Part shown: positions 21,251 through 29,911 of the stretch, in pieces
Numbering within the stretch: position 1 is the first letter of the stretch
Layout of the letters: the number at the start of each line of letters is the position of its first letter
Source: a bacterium
GTDB lineage: Bacteria; Zhuqueibacterota; Zhuqueibacteria; Residuimicrobiales; Krinioviventaceae
Length of the DNA stretch: 59,118 bases
Assembly (NCBI GenBank): GCA_963674595.2
Contig: CAXXFV010000002.1
Location: 1 to 59,118, forward strand
Direction: 5' to 3'
Notes under the pieces: model-generated
The model's input: the letters and a program-made list of their open reading frames with translations, nothing else
The model's database searches: none
Told to the model about the DNA's origin: nothing
Position numbers and translations under genes: made by a program

Positions 21251-22039
21251 ATGAAAAAATATGTATTTTTACTGATATTCGTCTTGCTAGCCGGTTGTCA
21301 AAAACAGATTTCGATTAAAAAAGACAATAAAGGTTCGTTCGATACACAAAATCTTAAATACGCACATACCATCCCCACATTTTTTGAATCATATCATGTT
21401 CAGGGTTTGGATATCGTGGATAGCTGCGGCTTTTTATCATCTATTGATAAAAAAGCACGTATCGCATGGATTTTTAAATTTTCCTTAAAAACCGGTGAAA
21501 TAATACATAAAAGAGATATCACCATTGGCGAGCAAATCCACCCGGGTGGCATTCAATATTCCGGGAATTATGTTTGGGTGCCCGTGGCCGAATACAAGGC
21601 CCATAGCACATCAACAATATTAGCTTTGGACCCGAATTCTTTAACAATTGAAAAAAAGTTTACCGTAAATGATCATATTGGTGCGGTTGCTATTGATGAT
21701 GATAATAACATTTGGGGTGCTAACTGGGATTCCGATGATTTTTATAAATGGGATCAGGCCGGCACTCAGTTATTAAAACAACAAAACCCGACAACAATGC
21801 AGTATCAGGATATGAAATATATTGATAACTATTTGTATTGTTGCGGACATAACAAAGATACCTCTGCTGTGGATATATATTCTGTAAATAAACTGGAATT
21901 TAAAAAACGTATATCATTGGAAAAAGGTGAATTGGCCACAGATTTGGCGCGCGAAGGAATGGCTTTTTATAAACAACAATTTTATTTTTTACCTGATGAT
22001 GGTCCTGATTCGAAAATATTTGTATTTGATATAAATTGA
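21251..22039 (+). CDS. Beta-propeller lipoprotein (DUF6454-like)
   Basis: Lipobox LAGC; YHVQG, HPGGIQY...VWVPVAEY, DHIGAV, GANW and YQDMK motifs; family name from memory. Confidence 0.6.
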   Translation: MKKYVFLLIFVLLAGCQKQISIKKDNKGSFDTQNLKYAHTIPTFFESYHVQGLDIVDSCGFLSSIDKKARIAWIFKFSLKTGEIIHKRDITIGEQIHPGGIQYSGNYVWVPVAEYKAHSTSTILALDPNSLTIEKKFTVNDHIGAVAIDDDNNIWGANWDSDDFYKWDQAGTQLLKQQNPTTMQYQDMKYIDNYLYCCGHNKDTSAVDIYSVNKLEFKKRISLEKGELATDLAREGMAFYKQQFYFLPDDGPDSKIFVFDIN

Positions 22040-22076
22040 GTGTTGTATCTATAAATTTATAACAGGAGGAACAATA

Positions 22077-22373
22077 ATGATCGTTACGTGTTATAAATGT
22101 GGTGAAGTTACATCAAAGGATAGAAAAATATGGCATTTGGAGGTATGTGAAAATTGTAATAGTTATCTTCACGTGTGTTTAAATTGTAAATTTTATGATC
22201 CACAGGCATCCAAACAATGCCGTGAACCGGAAGCTGACAAGATTGCCGACAAAGATAAATCAAATTATTGTGAATATTTTGAACCTGGAAAAAATAAAAG
22301 TGTAGGCAAACAGGAACGTGCGGAAGATGCCAAAAAGAAATTGGACGATTTATTCAAAAATTTAAAAGAATAA
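22077..22373 (+). CDS. Small Cys-rich conserved hypothetical protein
   Basis: CxxC, CxxC..LHxCxNC.FY, C.E and NYCEYF; AGGAGG RBS; terminator follows. Confidence 0.75.
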   Translation: MIVTCYKCGEVTSKDRKIWHLEVCENCNSYLHVCLNCKFYDPQASKQCREPEADKIADKDKSNYCEYFEPGKNKSVGKQERAEDAKKKLDDLFKNLKE

Positions 22374-22382
22374 AAATTATAT

Positions 22383-22408
22383 AGCAGTCTTTTGACTGCT
22401 TTTTTTTT
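22383..22408 (+). terminator. Intrinsic terminator
   Basis: agcagtc-tttt-gactgct followed by T-run. Confidence 0.8.
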
Positions 22409-22469
22409 AATAAATCATGTTTCAATTTAGATCGTAAACGGCTTTTGCAATAGGAAAGATAGTTCTAAA

Positions 22470-24269
22470 ATGAAATTATTTCTTAAAGTTTGTATTGTTT
22501 TTCTTGTCCTGACAAGTTGTAAAGAACACACCCAAATATCTCCGGTCGATTTATCAGGTAATTGGAAATTTTGCACAGACCCGGATAATGTTGGGGAAGA
22601 TCAAAAATGGTTTTCTGAGATCGGCAGCCAAAATTGGGAGCAAATTCGAATTCCTTCTTCATTCAACGCCGTAAAACAGGATTTACTATGGTATCGGGGA
22701 ACAGTTTGGTATCAGGTATCTTTTACAGTACCTTCTGAATGGCCGGCAGGACGTTTGTTCCTTCATTTTCTCGGCGTTTCTACAAGGTCCAGGATATGGC
22801 TGAATGGACATGAAATCGGCTCTAATTTGTTTCCTTATACCGGCTTTAAGTATGACATAACTGATGTTGCCCAAAAAACAAAAGAAAATATTCTCACTGT
22901 TTGTGTTGATAATAAAATTTTAGAAAAATCGATTCCCGATAATAACTGGAACGGATGGTGGAATTTTGGAGGTATTTACCGCCAGGTGTTTTTAGAATAT
23001 GAACCGAGTGTTTTTATCAGGGACGCCCGTATTGTAACAGAAATGCAAAATGATAATAAATGGAAATTGGATCTTGATATTACGTTAAACAATACATTAA
23101 AAAGAAGTAATTATACTCTTGAATTTGAGGTAACAGATAAAAATGGTGAATCGAAATGGAAAAAAAAGGTTAAAAAGGATTTGCCTGCCGGACAATCAAA
23201 TGAAAAGTCACGTGCTGTTTTTGAAAATATTACCGGCTGGTCTCCCGGTGAACCGGCCTTATATAACCTGGTTATAAAACTTGTCGGGAAAAATGATATT
23301 TACTGTCGAAAAGACCTTAGGTTTGGGTTCAGACAAATCGCTGTTAAAGACGATAAAATACTATTAAACGGAAAACCGATTCAAATTTATGGAATTTCGC
23401 GACAAGAGTTGTATCCTGGTACCGGGCATTATGTTTCCTCCTTACGTACAAAGATGGATTTGGAAGACATAAAATCTCTTGGATGCAATTTATTACGAAT
23501 GACCCATTATCCAAACCAACCTTTGGTTTTTGATTTATGTGATGAAATGGGACTGCTTGTATGGTGTGAATTTCCCGCATGGAAAACCGGTGCATCAACC
23601 TTGGCGGATACGGATGTTTGGGCACAATATGGTGAACCTCAATTAACCCAAATGGTCCGGTCTTTTCAAAATCATCCATCAGTAGTAATATGGTCTTTAG
23701 GAAATGATTTGCCCACAGATAAAATAGAGGGGGTGAATTATATAGACAAAGCCTACAAGCTTTTAAAAAAACTTGATCCTTCCCGACTCGTTACGTTCGC
23801 ATCTGACAAAAATATTAAAGACCTGGCATTCAAAAATACAGATATTATTTCGATAAATTCACCCATGGAAGATTTTCGTGCCGTTAAATATATTGGTGAA
23901 ATGTTGGACAAGGTCCATAAAACCTGGCCGGAGAAACCGGTCCTTGTTAGTGAGGCAGGAGGGGAAGCTGTTTTTGGCTGGCGAAATACAAACACTCAAA
24001 ATATAACCAAAGATTATACTGAGGATTATCAAATTTATTGTTTATCTCAATATTTTGAAACTATTTTTGATCCAACCCGAAAGGAGTATGTGAGCGGCCT
24101 TATTATTACCGGTTATGCTGATTTTCCGGCGCCAAACAAAATTGCAAGCGGGCATCCGCCATTGGCTGCCTATGTTAATTGCAGCGGCCTGGTTACCCAG
24201 GACCGCCAGAAAAAGCGTGCCTTTGATTTTGTCCGTAAATATTTTTCATCATTGTCCGATGAAAAATAA
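22470..24269 (+). CDS. Glycoside hydrolase family 2 (beta-glucuronidase-like) lipoprotein with altered active-site motifs
   Basis: Lipobox LTSC; WWNFGGIYR.V, FGFRQI, R.THYP, CDEMGLLVW.E and NHPSVVIWS motifs. Confidence 0.85.
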   Translation: MKLFLKVCIVFLVLTSCKEHTQISPVDLSGNWKFCTDPDNVGEDQKWFSEIGSQNWEQIRIPSSFNAVKQDLLWYRGTVWYQVSFTVPSEWPAGRLFLHFLGVSTRSRIWLNGHEIGSNLFPYTGFKYDITDVAQKTKENILTVCVDNKILEKSIPDNNWNGWWNFGGIYRQVFLEYEPSVFIRDARIVTEMQNDNKWKLDLDITLNNTLKRSNYTLEFEVTDKNGESKWKKKVKKDLPAGQSNEKSRAVFENITGWSPGEPALYNLVIKLVGKNDIYCRKDLRFGFRQIAVKDDKILLNGKPIQIYGISRQELYPGTGHYVSSLRTKMDLEDIKSLGCNLLRMTHYPNQPLVFDLCDEMGLLVWCEFPAWKTGASTLADTDVWAQYGEPQLTQMVRSFQNHPSVVIWSLGNDLPTDKIEGVNYIDKAYKLLKKLDPSRLVTFASDKNIKDLAFKNTDIISINSPMEDFRAVKYIGEMLDKVHKTWPEKPVLVSEAGGEAVFGWRNTNTQNITKDYTEDYQIYCLSQYFETIFDPTRKEYVSGLIITGYADFPAPNKIASGHPPLAAYVNCSGLVTQDRQKKRAFDFVRKYFSSLSDEK

Positions 24270-24306
24270 TTTTACGGTGTTTGGATCTAGCCTGATTTTA
24301 ACAGAA

Positions 24307-24501
24307 TTAATTCTTTTGATACTTTTTAATTTTATATTTGTCGGCCAATTGTCCGCGTTTTTCATCGGAAACTGATTCCATATAACTTTTCCAACCCGGG
24401 CACCAGTTTATGTGCCATCTCCATAATTTCCCCAAAAAAGAGGACGGATTGTTATCATATTTTTCTCTGAATTTGCATGTTTCACATGAAGGTTCCGGCA
24501 T
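24307..24501 (-). CDS. Small conserved hypothetical protein
   Basis: GAGGAG RBS; C..C.FR..YD.NP.S.LG.LWRWH..WCPGWK.Y pattern. Confidence 0.7.
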   Translation of the reverse strand: MPEPSCETCKFREKYDNNPSSFLGKLWRWHINWCPGWKSYMESVSDEKRGQLADKYKIKKYQKN

Positions 24502-24545
24502 GACTCTCTCCTCAATTATAATGAATTTTTTAAGGAATTGTCTTT

Positions 24546-25295
24546 CTAAAATATCTTGAGAAGTTTAAAAGACATAATAACAATAGCAACGATTAACATA
24601 ATACGAATGAGTTTTTCGCCTTTTTTAATGGAAAGTTTCGCAGCCCACCAAGCACCTGTCGCGTTACCGACGGCCAGAATAATTCCAAGCAGCCAATCTG
24701 TTTTGCCATTTATAGCAAAAATAAAAAGGGCCGGTATTGTATAAATCAAAATAATAAAAACTTTGTGCATGTTGACACGTACTATACTAATTTTTAATGT
24801 ATGGAACAAGGCAGCCATAAACAGGAATCCGACGCCTACCTGAATAAAACCTCCGTAAAAACCAATACCAACCAACATGGGATAAATAATCCACGGATTT
24901 TTAGATTTTATATTTTCAACCGTTTCCTTTTTTTTCATCGGCATTATGATGGTAAAAATTATTCCAATCATAACAATTCCGAGGATCTTTTGGAATAAGA
25001 GATTGTCAATTTTAACGGCCGTAATAGCGCCGATAATGGCGCCCGGCAGCGTAAATAGTGCTAATTTGAAACTTTTTCCAAATTCGGAATATTTTTCATT
25101 TTTAAAAGAAAGAATAGCAGAAATATTTTGAATCACAAGAGCGATGCGGTTTGTACCGTTTGCAAGAGCGCTGTCCAGACCTAAAAATATAAGCATCGGT
25201 AACGTTAGTGAAGACCCGCCGCCGGCCATTACATTTATAAACCCGGCCAGGCAACCGGTTAAAAACAGAATGAGAGCAGTTAATGGAAATGGCAT
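24546..25295 (-). CDS. Sulfite exporter TauE/SafE family membrane protein
   Basis: AGFINVMAGGGS, ANGTNR and GFYGGFIQ.GVG motifs. Confidence 0.9.
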   Translation of the reverse strand: MPFPLTALILFLTGCLAGFINVMAGGGSSLTLPMLIFLGLDSALANGTNRIALVIQNISAILSFKNEKYSEFGKSFKLALFTLPGAIIGAITAVKIDNLLFQKILGIVMIGIIFTIIMPMKKKETVENIKSKNPWIIYPMLVGIGFYGGFIQVGVGFLFMAALFHTLKISIVRVNMHKVFIILIYTIPALFIFAINGKTDWLLGIILAVGNATGAWWAAKLSIKKGEKLIRIMLIVAIVIMSFKLLKIF

Positions 25296-25386
25296 ATCAT
25301 GTCCGGATTATAACAAGCTTTTTTAAACAGAAATATACCCCAAAATGATTAATTATGCAAGACAAGTTATTGAATTGGTAAGAAAA

Positions 25387-28308
25387 TTAACGAAAGGGTT
25401 TAAAGGATATGAACCAGGCCCAAGAGTCTCCGCCTTTGTTCCATGCTTGCGCAATCCCAAAAGATAAAGTCGATTCAATATTATACCAGTGTTTTAGTTT
25501 AATATTTAATTGTGTTCCTATATTTGCCCATCGGTCAAACATTTCCGGGGAGAAAAACAAGTATTGATTAAAAATCGTCAAATCCATGCTTGTAAAGGTA
25601 TGGGGGCCGAGATGAAAATTGGTAAAACGACAGGGGGGAAGCTTGTTCTCAAATCCCACTTTAATAAATTCATCGTTTGTCAGGTCGTAAATCGGTACAC
25701 CCGGAAACCGAAATACTTTTCGATATTGTTCCGCTAGTTCCGGATCGATATACTGGTTGCCAAATCCACCAAAATAAAAATTGGTTAAAGCGCCAGTTTT
25801 ACCCGTATGCCGCCATCCGCCGGCTAGTTGTAAATGAAAAACATTATGTGGTTTTAAAAAGATATTATATTTGTTCCATTCAACATGAAAACCACCGGCG
25901 TTTTTCATGTTTTTAGGATCTATGTGCATACTTGTTAATGCTAATGAAAATTCAGTTCCCTGTTCAATATCAACACTTCCAATAGACCGGCGGGTATTTT
26001 TCGAATTTATAGTGCTTTCATATATTATAAAATTGGGGTGTTCAACTGTAATCATGTTGTCATTAATTGTTTTAACACCGTAAAAAACAGATATTTCATT
26101 TTCATGACTTATTTTATGCGGCATATCATATTTCCAATAGTGAGTGTTTTTTGCTGAAAAATTCTGCATAAAAGTTGCTTTTTTACGTTTGTTAAATACA
26201 TCATAAAAATTAGCAGGATTGTATTTGTAAACCAGTTCCCATGTTTTTTTGTATTCATATTTTAAGTTAAAATGGACATGGTCTTTTATTGTTTTTTGCC
26301 TAGTGTCCGACATGCCCGCAAAAAAACGGATTTCATGAACAGCCAGGGGATCTGAAAAATATCCGTAAAAACCGTAAACAAGATCATTTTTAAAACCGGA
26401 AATTGTGGGAAAAAGAGAATTGCGTTTAATATTCAAAAAGCCATTGTAACTCTTTTCTCTGGTATGAGAATTTGTTTCAGGTAAGGAACCGGTTAACTGC
26501 AATTGTTGTAATTGGGGCTCCTTTTCTATAATCTGTTGCCCATAATATTTTATCGCCGGTAAATATTCCACCTCTTTATTCGGTATTGTTACCGGAATAA
26601 AACCTTGGGTGGTAAATTCAAAAGCAAAAACTGAATCACCGTTAACAGGAACAGGCCGGAAAAGTCCGCGTTTTGTATGAGATATTGCAAATACTTTTTT
26701 TGTTTCAAAATCATATCTGTATATATTTGAAACGCCGTTGTTATAGGCATTCCAATAGAGGTGTTTTTCATCGTCCGACCAGGAAGGATGTTCCGGTGAA
26801 CCTGACGTTGCAATTTTGTTATAAATGATTTCACCGTTTTTTCTTACCTGGTTCATATCGATAACAATAATTTCCTGCTGACCATTTTGATAATGGATCG
26901 TACCGGCCAGCCACCGTCCGTTTGGGCTGGCACATAATTGCTGTACGGAATATCCAAAATCCAGTTGTTGCGACTGGTTAAAACCAAGATAGGGAAATGA
27001 TGTATATACGATTTTTTCACATCCGTCAGACCGGTGAATTCCCCACAGTTCTTTGGTCTTTTTGCAATATGTCAGGTCGCCTATTCGGATATCTTTAAAG
27101 AGCTTTTTATTGATTTTTGAATAGGGGTCTAACAGCCACAGGTCCCGAAAAAGAAAATTATTGTTGGTAGTATAAAACAACAGCCCGGCGTCAGGATCAA
27201 TCGTGGTGGACGCAACCTGTACCAAACGCGGTGTAGGCAAAGTACCGATATATTCCAATTCCCCTGTTTTTAAATCAATAGATTTTATGCCGGCAAGTTC
27301 ATTGGCGGCATGGGTGCCAAAAATTATTTTAGTTTTTTTTGAGTTTATCATGGGTTGTGTAACCCACCCAAGAGGTGCATTTGATAAATATGTTATGGGT
27401 GTATATTCTGATTTATCCAGACGGGCTAAATTTTCTTTCTGAAAATAATATTCGGTTTTAACAAAATCCTTCCATGCATCTTTTAATGATGATCCGAAAA
27501 TGTTTTTAAAAGCCTTATTGTAGGATTTATACCCGTTTTGCTGGCCTTTATACCATTTGATATAAAGATTAGAATCATATTTATTGGCTAAATAAGCTGA
27601 AAATCTGGCGCCGTATAAATAGAATTGCATTTGGAGTAAAAAGGAAGTGTAAACCGTATAACTGTCAAGTTTTACCGGGTTTGGTAATTTTTGATTTTCA
27701 ACAACCATTGATCTGAAAAACATCTCATCAAAACTGCCCTGTAATCGCCCATAACCACCATTCATCCAGGTTTCAAGAAACATAGCGATACCTTCCTGAT
27801 GCCAGTCTGGCGTGTATCTGCCCCAATTGGTCAACAGACTGTAAAACAATGAAGTTGGATATTCTTTTTCAGGAGGGACCTTGGCGGTTAATGTGCGTAA
27901 AAATTTTGAAAATGGAAAATAAGAATCGCCTATTACAACATGTACAAGTTCATGTGAGATCAACCATCTTAACCGGTCATTATAGGGGATGCTTTCATAA
28001 TCCAATTCGAAGGAGGCAATGTCAAGACGTATGACGTTATGCGGCACACTGGTTGTTCCTGCTGCACCAAAATCATGATAGTCGTTTAAGGTAATGGTTA
28101 TTTTTTCTAAAGGTTTATAATTGAACAGGGAGGAGAGGGTAGACAAAGATTCTTCGGCACTTGAAAGGATTCCAGGTACAAGTTGCTTATGAGATGACCA
28201 ATAGATAATTTTAAAATTTTTACTTTCCGTTTCAAGCCGGGTTTGTGAATAACAAAATGAAAAGGAAAAGAACAACCATAAGGTTAATGTTAAGCTGATT
28301 TTTTTCAT
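25387..28308 (-). CDS. Outer-membrane protein: zinc-metallopeptidase-like (MA clan) domain, TolB-like beta-propeller and C-terminal beta-barrel
   Basis: Signal peptide; HELVH at 27940-27954 plus downstream W.QEGIA; PD40-like repeats (SPNGRWLA, PSWSDDEKHLYW...GVSNIY); FYFGGFG loop; aromatic-rich C-terminal strand WAWFISFKPFR. Confidence 0.72.
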   Translation of the reverse strand: MKKISLTLTLWLFFSFSFCYSQTRLETESKNFKIIYWSSHKQLVPGILSSAEESLSTLSSLFNYKPLEKITITLNDYHDFGAAGTTSVPHNVIRLDIASFELDYESIPYNDRLRWLISHELVHVVIGDSYFPFSKFLRTLTAKVPPEKEYPTSLFYSLLTNWGRYTPDWHQEGIAMFLETWMNGGYGRLQGSFDEMFFRSMVVENQKLPNPVKLDSYTVYTSFLLQMQFYLYGARFSAYLANKYDSNLYIKWYKGQQNGYKSYNKAFKNIFGSSLKDAWKDFVKTEYYFQKENLARLDKSEYTPITYLSNAPLGWVTQPMINSKKTKIIFGTHAANELAGIKSIDLKTGELEYIGTLPTPRLVQVASTTIDPDAGLLFYTTNNNFLFRDLWLLDPYSKINKKLFKDIRIGDLTYCKKTKELWGIHRSDGCEKIVYTSFPYLGFNQSQQLDFGYSVQQLCASPNGRWLAGTIHYQNGQQEIIVIDMNQVRKNGEIIYNKIATSGSPEHPSWSDDEKHLYWNAYNNGVSNIYRYDFETKKVFAISHTKRGLFRPVPVNGDSVFAFEFTTQGFIPVTIPNKEVEYLPAIKYYGQQIIEKEPQLQQLQLTGSLPETNSHTREKSYNGFLNIKRNSLFPTISGFKNDLVYGFYGYFSDPLAVHEIRFFAGMSDTRQKTIKDHVHFNLKYEYKKTWELVYKYNPANFYDVFNKRKKATFMQNFSAKNTHYWKYDMPHKISHENEISVFYGVKTINDNMITVEHPNFIIYESTINSKNTRRSIGSVDIEQGTEFSLALTSMHIDPKNMKNAGGFHVEWNKYNIFLKPHNVFHLQLAGGWRHTGKTGALTNFYFGGFGNQYIDPELAEQYRKVFRFPGVPIYDLTNDEFIKVGFENKLPPCRFTNFHLGPHTFTSMDLTIFNQYLFFSPEMFDRWANIGTQLNIKLKHWYNIESTLSFGIAQAWNKGGDSWAWFISFKPFR

Positions 28309-28340
28309 TTAAATATTGGGAATTGCATTGAATGATAAAG

Positions 28341-28365
28341 AGGGTCCCTAAATATTAGGGACCCT
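28341..28365 (-). terminator. Perfect hairpin between repeat gene and OMP gene (terminator/attenuator candidate)
   Basis: agggtcccta-aatat-tagggaccct 10-bp stem; only a weak U-tract (ctttat) on the minus strand. Confidence 0.55.
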
Positions 28366-28499
28366 TGCATTCAACCTCCACATCCACGCTAGTCAAAGTA
28401 TTCTCTTAGAAGATGAATTTTGCGGCCATTCATTTACTAGATACAATTCACTCAAATATATTGAAACTTGATTTCAACCCTCGAATAGAGTGAATTATA

Positions 28500-29531
28500 T
28501 TATTTGATTTGAGCGGCATTATCTTTAGACAGTGAATAGATAGAACCTAACTCGTTAACCTGAGCGGCGTTATCTTTAGACAGTGAATAGATAGAACCTA
28601 ACTCGTTAACCTGAGCGGCATTATCTTTAGACAGTGAATAGATAGAACCAAGCTCGTTAACCTGAGCGGCGTTATCTTTAGACAATGAATAGATAGAACC
28701 TAACTCGTTAACCTGAGCGGCATTATCTTTAGACAGTGAATAGATAGAACCTAACTCGTTAACCTGAGCGGCATTATCTTTAGACAATGAATAGATAGAA
28801 CCTAACTCGTTAACCTGAGCGGCGTTATCTTTAGACAGTGAATAGATAGAACCAAGCTCGTTAACCTGAGCGGCGTTATCTTTAGACAATGAATAGATAG
28901 AACCTAACTCGTTAACCTGAGCGGCATTATCTTTAGACAGTGAATAGATAGAACCTAACTCGTTAACCTGAGCGGCATTATCTTTAGACAATGAATAGAT
29001 AGAACCTAACTCGTTAACCTGAGCGGCATTATCTTTAGACAATGAATAGATAGAACCTAACTCGTTAACCTGAGCGGCGTTATCTTTAGACAGTGAATAG
29101 ATAGAACCTAACTCGTTAACCTGAGCGGTATTATCTTTAGACAATGAATAGATAGAACCTAACTCGTTAACCTGAGCGGCGTTATCTTTAGACAGTGAAT
29201 AGATAGAACCTAACTCGTTAACCTGAGCGGCATTATCTTTAGACAATGAATAGATAGAACCTAACTCGTTAACCTGAGCGGCGTTATCTTTAGACAATGA
29301 ATAGATAGAACCGAGCTCACTGAGTTGCATTGTTGAATTTTGTTCTAAAACAGTTTGATCTGCTTGAGAACTAGTCAACATTTCTTTTGATGCGTTGATG
29401 TTGGTAGCAGAGGCTGATGCATGAGTTTGGGCCTGGTATCGAACTGCGTTTTCTACCTTTGTCGGTACTTGCGCAACGGCCGCTGTTGCACAAATAATTA
29501 AAACCAATACCCATACAACATGCTTTACCAC
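28500..29531 (-). CDS. Secreted tandem-repeat protein: signal peptide, ~50-aa Ser/Thr/Gln/Ala-rich spacer, then 16 x 17-aa repeats
   Basis: GAAAGGAGGT RBS before GTG; Sec signal ending AAVA|Q; repeat variation almost entirely synonymous. Confidence 0.88.
   Translation of the reverse strand: MVKHVVWVLVLIICATAAVAQVPTKVENAVRYQAQTHASASATNINASKEMLTSSQADQTVLEQNSTMQLSELGSIYSLSKDNAAQVNELGSIYSLSKDNAAQVNELGSIYSLSKDNAAQVNELGSIYSLSKDNTAQVNELGSIYSLSKDNAAQVNELGSIYSLSKDNAAQVNELGSIYSLSKDNAAQVNELGSIYSLSKDNAAQVNELGSIYSLSKDNAAQVNELGSIYSLSKDNAAQVNELGSIYSLSKDNAAQVNELGSIYSLSKDNAAQVNELGSIYSLSKDNAAQVNELGSIYSLSKDNAAQVNELGSIYSLSKDNAAQVNELGSIYSLSKDNAAQIK
28503..29318 (-). repeat. 51-bp tandem repeat, 16 copies, no spacers
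   Basis: Plus-strand unit gttaacctgagcggcRttatctttagacaRtgaatagatagaaccWaRctc; 16 x 51 = 816 bp. Confidence 0.97.
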
Positions 29532-29883
29532 TTTTACCTCCTTTCATTAAATGAAAGTGGCTACCATTTATTGCACAACACTCCGGAGAGTGGTTGATGC
29601 CTAACAGAGCAAAATCAAAAGTGATACAACAAGTTTTGCATATAAAATGCAAAGGTGGTTTCAAAGAACAGTGTAATCTATAAAACCGTAAAAAATATAA
29701 ATATAATCAGTTGGTGAAAATTATAATATTGCTGCGATGAACTATGCTTTTTGTTATAAATCTTAAAGCGTTGCCTGACTAATCGAAGTATGATGATATT
29801 ATTATAACTAATAAAGTTTAGTGCTTTTTTATATTATAAGCAAGTTATTTTTTAATATAGTTGCTGTTAAGTTGCTTTTTAAT

Positions 29884-29911
29884 AAAAAACCCCTCCTTTA
29901 GTAGAGGGGTT
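29884..29911 (-). terminator. Intrinsic terminator after tRNA-Pro
   Basis: aacccct...aggggtt stem with A-run at the plus-strand 5' side (U-tract on minus). Confidence 0.7.

Noticed and set aside
28503-29318. CRISPR array
   Set aside because: Units are contiguous 51-bp repeats with no unique spacers, keep an open frame with synonymous variation, and no cas genes are present
29371-29664. 97-aa alternative-frame ORF overlapping the repeat-gene start
   Set aside because: TTG start without RBS, and it overlaps a gene with much stronger signals
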